A stretch of 64,000 nucleotides of DNA, from the NCBI GenBank assembly GCA_013265495.1, contig MU057398.1, positions 682,001 to 746,000 of the forward strand. Reading direction: 5' to 3'. The stretch comes from Vicugna vicugna. Taxonomy: Eukaryota. This document shows, piece after piece, positions 53,649-64,000 of this stretch. Positions within the stretch are counted from its first letter, which is position 1. Each line of letters opens with the position of its first letter. The notes beneath the pieces are model-generated. The model did no database searches. It was given only the letters and a program-made list of their open reading frames with translations, and was not told the origin of the DNA. Made by a program: the position numbers and the translations under genes.

Positions 53649-56600
53649 CTAAAACAAAGAAAATCGTAAGTTGAAAGCCCCCATTGTGCTGCACGACCTT
53701 TTTCCCAGGGCTATTTGGGACATTTTGAAGATAAACATACAAAGTACTATGCTATTTCCCAGCCAACCTAGCTATAAACAGAGACCAAACTACAAATTTC
53801 TGGCACATAACACACACAGTGCTAAAATAAAAGAAATAATCATACGTGTTAGAACCGACACTATCTCAGGTCTTGTCACATCTGAGGTACATTTTGACAC
53901 TATAAAGCATACCGTTAGTAGTGATCTCTGGTAAGTATTTCTTGCACCATGTCATACAGAAATATTCAGGGAGAGAAGACATGTTTGAGAGAACATGCAA
54001 CATCAAAATGTCATCCCCAAAAGAACACGTGAGATCCAGAGGCAAAGTCTCCCTTCTTTTTCAAGCAGCTAAAGTGGCAACAAGCTGCTGTAACATCACA
54101 TAAAGGGGCTTTTAACCTTGAGAGAAAAAAAGCAGCACCAACAGAAACCAAGCACCCTGGGAGATGCAAAGCCATCCTCAAAAATACACAAGTCTGTTTC
54201 AGAGCAATCATTTTTAAGCCTCTCAGATTAGTAAATCGAAACATTTAACAAAATGAGTTAGTAGTTTGATAGTTTCTCTTTTGCTTTTGAACACATGTTC
54301 AAAAAAGGTCTTTTGTCATTATATTTTTCATCATTAAGATAACCATCATTTCCTTCTTAAAACCTAAACCGCCCCATATTAGCTAATCTCTGATATTTTG
54401 CTGGCCCAAAAGTAGCACTTTTATCTTTCAACTAAAAAAAGCCTAGAATGTACAACTTAAAGGCTATTCACACAATTACTCATGTAATCAAACCCAGAGG
54501 AAGGGCAACACCAACCGAGTCTTTTACTGCTGGTCTGTAACTACCAGGATGGTACTTGGAATGACTTATCTATTGAGGTGCAGTCAGGCCTTACAATTCC
54601 CTTAAACAGTCGAGTCACAGAATGCTTTGAGATCCCAGAAGTCAAGGTAACAGTATTACTCAGCAGCTATATAATAAAAATCAAACTGGTATCCTGGCTG
54701 GGAGGCCCTGGAAAAGCCACAACTTCTCACAGCTGCATTTTTTTTTTTGTCAATTGCATTTTTGTCTGTAAACTGAGAGAGCTGGCCTAAGGTTCCTTCT
54801 AGCTCTGAAAGTGTAAGATCTTTGATTAACTCAAGATTTCACCAGCAAATGTGAGCAGTTAGGTGAAGACCCAATAAAGCAATGATTTGCAGGTCCATAT
54901 ATTTGGTGTCCCCAGCTCTTAGGCAAGGAATACAAATGAACCCTTTCTAAGGCTTGCTCCCAAGAGTCCAGACTTCGGCAGTACTGCAAAACAGCTATAC
55001 TAAGGACACGTTCATATACCAGCAGAACCAGCATAAGTGTGCCTTGAAGAAGCGAAAAAAGCCAAGGCTTTATTCTGTAACGGAATAGTCACAACCCCCC
55101 TTGGATATGGGGGCTGCCGGCTCCCAAATTCCCCTTCCCACTCGGTTCCCCACACACCATACCTACCATCACAGTGGTGGAACCAAGTATTTAAGCAATG
55201 GCATGCAGATCAAGCTTTTAATAGGAAAAGGTTCCTTGCAAGACAAAGGCAGAAAAGCACAACTTCTATGTCAGTGAGTCCAAGGAAGAGGAACTCGTTT
55301 ACATCTGTCCTACCCGAAAGGAGGTAAAGGCACAGTGTTGACAACGGCAGTGTGACTGAAGAGGGTTGGTACAGAAGCGGTGAGGACAAGGTCCTTCCAC
55401 TGGAGCGGCAATAATGTTCTACCCAAGAAGAAAGGTCATGTCTGCCGGCCACATGAGGCTGGTCTGCATGTCACCAGAGCAGAGGGAGGGGACAACAAGC
55501 AGGTGTCCCGCCACACTCCCTGGACTCATCAGTCTAGGACTATGCTTTACCTCCTTGTGCTTAAAACACTAGTTACTACAAATGTCAAACATTTTCTGTG
55601 ATTCTCTTCTCCTCATAGATAACTCGGGCAGTCTGGCAACAAACTGCTCTTAGCCAATTAAAAGATTTGTGCTGATATTCACCTTTGTAAAAGATTACAA
55701 TTCCAGGAAATACCATTTATCATGCAAGTAGTCCCAGGTAGGTATACTAGTGGTGGAAACCGGACTGGAGTACGGAACAATTTCATCCCTACCCTTCTTT
55801 ATTCTAGGCTAAAGCAGAGAGCTTCTCACTCCATCCTCAATAGAGGAAGGAGTATTCCGGTGAGGGCAACATCGTATCGAACTCATCTAGCCAGTTTTTC
55901 TGTCAAATTTCACAGCTTGCCTCCCCAACCCCCTAGATTCAGCCACAGAGAGTCACGGCAGGCAGGCAAACAGTGTCTCTGGCCAGAAACTGCAAATAGA
56001 ATGCAAAATTGTATTCTAACCCTCCCAAAATAAGCAGTAAAAAGTCAGAGTACAGTGTGACTGCATCGCGCCCTATCAGGTGAAACAAAGACGCAGCACT
56101 CTAAGTTTAAAGCATTCCAGACAAATTTGTAACAACAAGAAATGGCATGGTGTGATAGGTCAGTACCATCAAGAAAGCCATAGCAGGTTTCTCCAAGCTA
56201 TCAGGACATGCTGACTTCAGATGCCACCAGGTACTCTGCAGAAAAACTACATTCTAGAAGTTGTCGGTGCCGTTTAAAGGGCTAGGGGTGTGATTAAACA
56301 GCTAACTGGCGGGGCACCCAAGGAGGCAAAGGCATTGCCCACGATGCAAAACAGAGTCCTGTCCTGTCACGTCTCAGGCTCAAATGTACAAACCTTGGAA
56401 TCTTCGTCAAGTGAGGCTTCTGTGTCTGTGTGTGTGGACGGGAATGGACCTCAGTGATTGGACACCGTGTCACCATGGAGTGACATGCCATGAATGGGTG
56501 ATCTGTGGCAACTTACTTAATCAGTTGTACTTCTACTAGACTGATTGTGCCCTTTAAGGTTCTGACATAGCTGGGTAAGAAAATTAAAGCAAATGTTTCC

Positions 56601-58229
56601 TAGGCCCCCTGACTGGGATTTTTAAGTTGAAGTCCTAAAAAAAAAAGCCCATAAATAAGCTTATTTTCCCTAAATCCCTGGTGGAAATTCACAAAAGACC
56701 TAAAAACTCCAGATCTTGTTATTTTTTAAATAAGTATCCAGCATTTTCAAAGGACCCAAGAGAAGCGCTTAATCTCATTGTTAACTGAAATCACTGAGAT
56801 GCAGATGAAAATTCCAGCCGCGAAACCCAAATTTCTCCTCTAGAGTAACTACCTATTAACAATGAATTTTACTACCAATGCCCGAATATATTTCGTTTTT
56901 GTACCATAACAAAATGTCCAAAACTTGTCAGACTCCTACAAAGTCTAAGCCACTTAGCCTCACAGGCCAGTAGGTTTGGTTCCACAATCACCAACCACCC
57001 ACTGAATCTGATCCTATCATCTCACAATTTGGGGCACTGATCCCACACAGCAGAGACAACGTGTGAATGGCTCTGCAGAGCCTTTCCTATTCCTGGAAAA
57101 ATAACCAGAAGCACACATCTGCCTGACCATGAGTCAGGAATATCAATTTTGTGGTGGAGCCCATTTCTGCTGTGATCAATCCGCCCATACTCACAACAGA
57201 AGCAACGGCCACAGAGGTATATTCCAGAGTAAGCTTTCACCCCTTGGATCCACGCTTAGCATAAACGATCTCCTCTGCAAGAGCAATCTTTAGACTTTTC
57301 ACAATGACCTTAAGTCTTCAGTGCAAAACCACAAAAACATTGCCACGCCACGTATGTCACCTGAGTTTCAGTCTGGGTGGTTCAGTCAGAACCAAACTAA
57401 AAAGAAAATAAACTTTCAGAGACAACTGATAGGAAACCACAGCGATGCGATGAACGTGCCCCATCTGGTACTGGTGATCTTGAGCAGGGTGTGCTCCAGG
57501 ACTATGGAAGCCCGTTACATGCTATGTCCCACTCCACTTATGTAACTGGAAGATCGCCGGTGAACGGGGGGATGGGAGGGCGCTCATATTCTGAGGCCAC
57601 AGCACCCCAAAGACCCTGGGGTTGCGCTCCCACCGAAGAGCCTCAGGTGCTGCCGGACACACAGTCCCCTACCCACGGCTCCTGATGGCAACTATAATCG
57701 CCTCTTTATGATGAGCTGTGGGACCAGGAACATAATGTCTAGTGCCTTTTGTGGGTGGACAATAATTCCCACCCACTTGTTCCTGCTAGATTGGAAAGGA
57801 ACTCGCTCGCAGTGGGGGCAGAAAGTCATGGAATGGGCGAGAAGGAGGGGGAGGCAGAGTCTGGAGATGGGGGTGAGAGCGCAGGAGCCCTTGTGGCGCA
57901 CTCTCCCGATCGGAGGCGGACTGCGCACGCGCGCCAGTGGGGGGGCCGAGTAACGGGAGAGGGGGCGCGCGAGGGAGGGAGAGGGGAAGGCGCGATCCAG
58001 GGAGAGGCCGGGGCCGCGGGCGCGCGACGGCGCCGCGGGCCCGAAGCCCCACGAAGGGCACGACGCGCGCGTAGCCCGGACAGGCGAAGCCCCGGCGACT
58101 GGGGCAACCGCGGGGCCGGGGGCCGGGATGCGCGCCGAAGGCGGGAGGGAGGGGGGAGCCAGGCGAAGGCAGCCCTGGGAGGCCGCGTGGAGGACGGTCA
58201 CCCGCAAGTGCGGGTAACGGGCCGGGGGG

Positions 58230-58587
58230 NNNNNNNNNNNNNNNNNNNNNNNNNNNNNNNNNNNNNNNNNNNNNNNNNNNNNNNNNNNNNNNNNNNNNNN
58301 NNNNNNNNNNNNNNNNNNNNNNNNNNNNNNNNNNNNNNNNNNNNNNNNNNNNNNNNNNNNNNNNNNNNNNNNNNNNNNNNNNNNNNNNNNNNNNNNNNNN
58401 NNNNNNNNNNNNNNNNNNNNNNNNNNNNNNNNNNNNNNNNNNNNNNNNNNNNNNNNNNNNNNNNNNNNNNNNNNNNNNNNNNNNNNNNNNNNNNNNNNNN
58501 NNNNNNNNNNNNNNNNNNNNNNNNNNNNNNNNNNNNNNNNNNNNNNNNNNNNNNNNNNNNNNNNNNNNNNNNNNNNNNNNNNNNNNN
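58230..58587. other. Assembly gap (358 N) covering the exon 1 donor and the start of intron 1
   Basis: Run of N inside the GC-rich island. Confidence 1.
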
Positions 58588-58645
58588 TCTCCTCCTCGCC
58601 TCCTCCTCCTCCTCCGCTCGGCGCGGCAGCGGCGGCGGCGGCCAT
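58588..58645 (-). CDS. MECP2: MECP2 exon 1 coding part (e1 isoform N-terminus), truncated by assembly gap
   Basis: ATG at 58645-58643 reads MAAAAAAAPSGGGGGGEEE(R), the known MeCP2-e1 N-terminus. The last ~4 coding nt and the donor fall in the N run. Confidence 0.95.
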
Positions 58646-59709
58646 TTTCCGGACGGCTTTTACCACAGCCCTCTCTCCGAGAGGAGGGAGCGCGCGCGCC
58701 GCCGACGCCGGGACCCCGCACGGCCGACGTCGCGCCCCGCCCTCCCGGCCAGCCTGCGCGCTGCTGCACCTGCGCGCCCGCGTCCCGCCCTCGGCGCCGC
58801 AGCGAGCCCGCCCGCCATTGGGTGCTGCGGTCGGGGAGGGGCGGGGCCTCGGCGACGATACCGACAATTGGCGGGAGTCCGCGTCCATTCCGGCAAGGGA
58901 AAAGGGGGCGGACGCCCCATCTAGATGCCGATTGGCTGCCGTCGGCCGTCATTTGGGAAAAAGAGGCGGCTTGGGCGCCGAGGGGCTGGTCTAGGGGGCG
59001 GAATTTGAATATTAAGGATTAATGGGCCCTTCCTGATGCTGGGGCAAGTGAAGGCCTAGGCTCGGGACGCCTGTTTGCGCGGTCATCCTGGGCCCTCGAC
59101 CCGCTGTCCACAAACACACAAAGTACGCTACTATAAGCGTTTCACAACACTCGCGTTTTCTCAATATCACAACCTTCAGTACAAGCAGCAAAGTTGCCTG
59201 CCCCAGAGCCTGACATTGTTCCATCCCGGGGACCTTGGTTTAAGAGGCCTACCCAATGCATTCTTCCATCTGAGCCTGCCGTGTGCCACACTCTCATAGG
59301 GGAAGGGAGCAAACTGACGACCAATCACAGCCTTGGCCTTCTTGAAACTGGTGGAGGGAGAGGGTGCATGCCAAGGCTGCACGAGACATGTCTTTGTTGG
59401 ATCATGTGATTTGGTGGACGTGGGCAGAAGGGGTAGGGGGAGCACAAAGGAAGCTGCACTTAGTTCTGCTTGGAGGGGAGAGGGAAGACTTTCTAGAAGA
59501 GGTGATTGCGGAGCTAAGCTCCAGCAATGCTGGTATGGAAAAATATTTAAGAGTATGAGAAAAGTTTTAGCTAATGGATTGTTCAAGACAGGACTGTTTG
59601 TCAAGGCAACCTTACTCTGATTCCAGCTGTCATCCGATTCACCCCATGCTGCTTGTGTTAATTCTATGCCTCACAAGGAACCCTCAGATTCTGATGTGGC
59701 TCCTCACCC

Positions 59710-60460
59710 CCAATTCATTTACTAAGTATCTGTTATGTGCCGGGCACTGTTCCAGGCTCTGGATGCACGCACTGTTCCAGGCTCTGGATGCACAGCACTG
59801 AACAAGACAGTGCACCAACATTCTTGTGGGGGAAGATACATAACAAACATACAAATAAGTGTATAATACATTGCCACATGGTGATAAGAGCTTTGAGATA
59901 GATAAAGCAAGGGTAAAAGGGTGCTCTTTAAATATTCACAGGCTTTTGCTCTCATTTTATTCCGCCATATGGATATCTGGGGAGAGAAGATGATTCCAGG
60001 CAAGTTCAAAGGCCCTAAGGAGAGACTATGCCTGGCACACTGGGGACTAACAAGGAAGTTTATATGGCTCTGAGAGTGGTAGGTGTATGCGGTTGCAGAC
60101 GCAGCTGGAGCCTCCATGGGAGCCCAGTTGAGAGGCCACGACAACAATCTAGGAGAGGAGATAATGGTTTTAACAAGGGTGGTAGCAGTGGAGGGCCTGA
60201 GAAGTTGTGAAATTCAAGCTCTATTTTCAAAAATTGAGCAGAGAGGATTGTGTATAGAGAAAGACAAGAAACAAGGATGTTTCCGGAGTTTTGGGCCCTA
60301 GCAAATGAGTGAATGGGTGCTTTTACCATGATGGGGGAAAGCTTTTGGAAAAGCACTGTTTTTGGAGGCACAGATCTAGAATTCAGTTTTGGCCACGTTA
60401 AGCCTGGGGTGCCTGCCTATTAGATGTGCAAGAGGAGATGTTGAGTAGGCGGCTGGGTCA
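59710..60460 (-). mobile_element. L2 fossil upstream of the promoter
   Basis: attcatttactaagtatctgttatgtgccgggcactgtt...caaaggccctaagg...aattcagttttggccacgttaagc. Confidence 0.7.
59744..59793. repeat. Perfect 2 x 25-bp tandem duplication
   Basis: GCACTGTTCCAGGCTCTGGATGCAC at 59744-59768 and 59769-59793. Confidence 0.95.
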
Positions 60461-60469
60461 AGAAGCAGT

Positions 60470-63400
60470 CAACAAGCCAACAAGCTGAACATCCAGCTCA
60501 AGAAGCTATAAAAGAAACAGCAGAGTAAACCTGGAGAAAATAGAAGGAAGAAAAATAAGGGTGAGTAGAAGCTAATGAAACAGAGACAATGATAACAAAG
60601 ATTGAGAACATCAAAAGCTTATTATTTGAAAAGCTGGACATAAAAGCCAACCCTCTAACAAGCTAGATATAAAGAGAGAAGACACAATAAATTATATCAG
60701 AAATGAAAAATAAACATAACTACATACACAATAGATTACATAGTAGATAATAGATAAAACATAAACTTTTTAAAAAGGTATTTTAAACAACTATATGTCA
60801 TAATTGGAAAATATAAGCAAAATGAACAAGTTCCTAGAAAATCTCAGCTTAGCAAAACTGACTGGAAAAACAGAAAACCTAGACAGAGTTTCAATGTAAG
60901 GAGAAAGACCCATTAATCCCAAATTGATTTCCTTGCTGTTAGGACACAATCATACAGATCCATCCAGTAACAAAAAGCTGGAAAAGTAATGGGAAAAAAA
61001 GATGCAACTCACTTTAGCTACAAAAATTATAAACCAGCTGGGAATCAGCTTAATAACAAAAGCCAAAAAACTATATTAAAAACTATAAAACTTTACTGAA
61101 AAACATAAAAGAAGACCTGAAAAAAAAGGAACTACCATAATCCTGGAAGGAAAGAGTTGACATAATAAATATGTCAATTCTTCCTAAATTGATCAGGAAA
61201 TTCTTTGCCTGAGTCAAAATCTAGGCATCTTTATGGACTGTAACAAGTTAATTCTAGATTGAGAAGCATAGGTGTACAGGACTAGAAGTAAAGACATTTT
61301 TGAAACAGAAAACCAATGGAGAGGGTCCTGCTAAATTCCTTAGTTTGAAAAAATGGGATTTAAGTGATACAATTTTATTCTTGCCTTTGAAAAGTAGAAA
61401 AATATACTAGAGTTTAAAGTATTTACTAGTAGAATTTAAAATGGGCCATTCTTTAAAAATGGAACTAGTATAACAGTTTTAAAATGGATCCCCTTGAAAA
61501 ATGGGACTGTAGGTGATAAAAATCAAAAAAATACAGGACAGATAGCAATTGACAGAAAACTAACAACCAGCAGGGTTTTACTGATGTGGCAGACAGAGCA
61601 CAAACTTCTATTCCATCTGTCTAAAAAATCCCTTGAAGTGATAGAAAAAATATATGTTTCAGAGCAAATCTAAAATGACAACGGAAAACGAGAAGGGTAA
61701 AACAGTTCAAAATTTTAGAACTAACATCTCAGATGATACCACAAAACATAAAACACAGAAATATGTTTCAAACACTATGGAGCATTTCCTAAAGTTGCTA
61801 ATGAATTAGAGCTCTCGAAAAAAATCTCAATAAATTTCAAAACGCAGAAATCATGCAGTTCAGTCTCTGGCAACAATACAGTAAAATTAAAACTAAAGAA
61901 CAAAAGAATGGGCAATAGCAAAACAAAGCAAAACCAAAAAAGCATTTTCTACTTGGAAGTTTTAAAACAGGCTGCAAAGTAACTCTTTGATTAAAGAGGA
62001 AACAAACTAAAATTATAAACTCTTCAGAAATGACCAACAATGAGAACCTTACATATTAAAACCTATGCTGTGTGGCCAAAGTAGTCATTTAGAAGAATTA
62101 ATAACTTTAACTACATTTATTAGAAAATCAGAAAATAAGAAGTGAATTGATTCTGATACATCATGCTCACATGTGTACACACATACACACAGATACACAG
62201 AATTTTCTTTCTTTACACTTAAAAGCTTACTACAGGAAAAATATCTAGGAACAGAAAGGAATAAACCCATCAGAGTGAAGAGAATGTGGTGAGGATGGGA
62301 GGTTATCCTCAGTTGACAGATTTCAACAATTTTGGGGAAAGTAGATGGGAATTAGTTGATGAATAAAATAGGCAGGAAAAATCCAGCCTAGAATATTTGA
62401 CAAAGGAGCAACAGAGGAAGGGGGAGCCAGTTTGCCAGATATAACACCAGAGGATAGGCTCATAATCAGCAGGTATGTGGTGGAAGGCAATAGAATTAAA
62501 TGGGTCTGAACACATGGGGATTAATTGAAGGCCCCCATACAGAATGACTGCTTCATTTGAAACCTCCTCTTGTCCACCAAACAGCTGAGCTAGCAGCTGG
62601 TACAGGCCTGCAGGGAAAATACCTGACAGTTCTCTAAGGAAATTGAATGAAATGTCTGTAGAGAACTAGGACTTCCAACATTGGTGATGGCAACCCCTGA
62701 GCAATTGTTTCCTTATTCTAGCATTTGCAGAATATGAACTCTGTTCCTCTGCCCTGTGCTCTACACAGAGGCATCATAGCAGGAAAATGGACCCATTTGC
62801 TCTAAAGCTGATTAAATTCACAACAGCTATCCAGCCTTTCCTTACTAAATGTGAGCCAACCACTAAGATCATCAGAAATCTGAAGAAAGCCTTCAACATT
62901 AAAAATAGTCAAGTATAACCTTTAGGGAAAAAAGGGAACTTGGAAGAATCCTAGAAAATGCAGGGGGAAATATGGGAAATTTAACATTTTTAATTAGCAC
63001 ATTCAGAGAGCTAAGAAATATTGTATCCACAGAACAAGAACAGAATATTATGTAAAAGGAGTGGAGAACAAGAAAGAATTCTTGAAAATTAAATGTGATT
63101 ATTGAAATTCAAATTCCAATAGAAATATTGAAAGATAAAACTGAAGGAGTGTCCCAGAAAATAGAGCAAACAACACAGACAAAAACTCTGAGAGAAAATA
63201 TGAGGACTTGGATGAGAGATCTAGGAATCCAGCAAGCAACTAACAATAGTTTTCAAAAGATAAAATTGAGAAAGAAGAGTAGGAATCAGAATAAACAGTA
63301 TCAGACCTCATAACACCACCAGATGATAAAAGATGATAGGGCAACAATTAAAAAAAAGATAATAGGCAATGCTTTCAAAATTCTGAGAGAAAACGATTTT

Positions 63401-64000
63401 CATTTTAGAAATCTACACCAGCCAAAATATCCATTAAGTGTGACAATGAAATAAAAATGTTTTAAAATAGACAGGAGCTAAGAAAATTTACCTCTCAAAT
63501 ATATTTTTCCTAGGAAGCTACTTAAGGATGTTCTCCAGCAAAACAAGGGTGTAAACAAAGAAAAAAGCAGATGTGGGATCCACAAGACAGTGGATCTAAT
63601 CCAGGAGAGCAGTGACAGGAAATACCAGGGGTGCCAACTGGGCTAAAAGCCTGATTGGCAATCAGTCTGGATAAGAGCAGAGAATTTTTTTTAAGTATAT
63701 TTATGTGAACTTGACATATTAGATAGTGTGATTGGGAGTTTGAAGAAAATTGAATTTGATGATGCTAATTAGTACAAGAAAATAAGGAAACCAATTAGAA
63801 ACAGCACGGAGAAAAGAACTGTACTAGGAAGTTATGATCAAAATAAGAAGCAAAGTAAAATATAATTCTACCGATTGATGGTGTTTAAGGGAAGAGAATC
63901 CATTGGACCTTGATGCTAAGAAAATTGTCTTTTCAAATGGCCCAGGAGTCATCAAATTAGATTTGTAAGAAGGAAATGTAATCCTAGTATGCCTCTTGTT
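60470..64000 (+). mobile_element. Fragmented old L1 (L1ME-type ORF2/ORF1-region remnants)
   Basis: A-rich + strand with L1 motifs (catccagctcaagaagcta, aaaacataaaagaagacct, atgtcaattcttcctaaattgat, caatgctttcaaaattctgagagaaaa). No long ORF. Confidence 0.7.

Larger units (their letters stand above)
57880..59000 (-). promoter_or_regulatory. CpG-island promoter of MECP2 (TATA-less)
   Basis: Very high GC and CpG density around exon 1. GC box GGGGCGGGGC at 58838-58847. CCAAT boxes on the minus strand (ATTGG at 58817-58821, 58868-58872, 58931-58935). Confidence 0.93.

Noticed and set aside
57692..58952. ~390-aa ORFs spanning the CpG island
   Set aside because: Artefacts of the N gap and high GC; only 58588-58645 is real coding sequence.

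Overview
Mammalian genomic DNA holding almost the whole MECP2 gene on the minus strand; MECP2 is X-linked (Xq28) in human. The CpG-island promoter and exon 1 lie at ~58.6-59 kb, with the exon 1 donor lost in a 358-nt N gap. Exon 2 is at 53525-53648, exon 3 at 9561-9911, and the exon 4 CDS at 7134-8217. About 7.1 kb of the long 3'UTR runs off the left edge. The e2 isoform (486 aa) is fully readable; e1 (predicted 498 aa) lacks 4 nt hidden in the gap. tRNA-derived SINEs of Vic-1 type and cetartiodactyl-type L1 3' ends suggest a camelid genome. The ~43.6-kb intron 2 and the upstream region are mostly old transposon fossils (L1, L2, MIR, MLT1, LTR16, hAT and Tigger derivatives). I found no convincing new multi-gene system. 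The most notable items are a young, full-length, sense-oriented U1 snRNA retrocopy nested in MER58A within L1 in intron 2, and a short CpG-undepleted intronic segment with competing hairpin/pseudoknot pairings. Repeat subfamily names and human comparisons come from recalled sequences, not searches.
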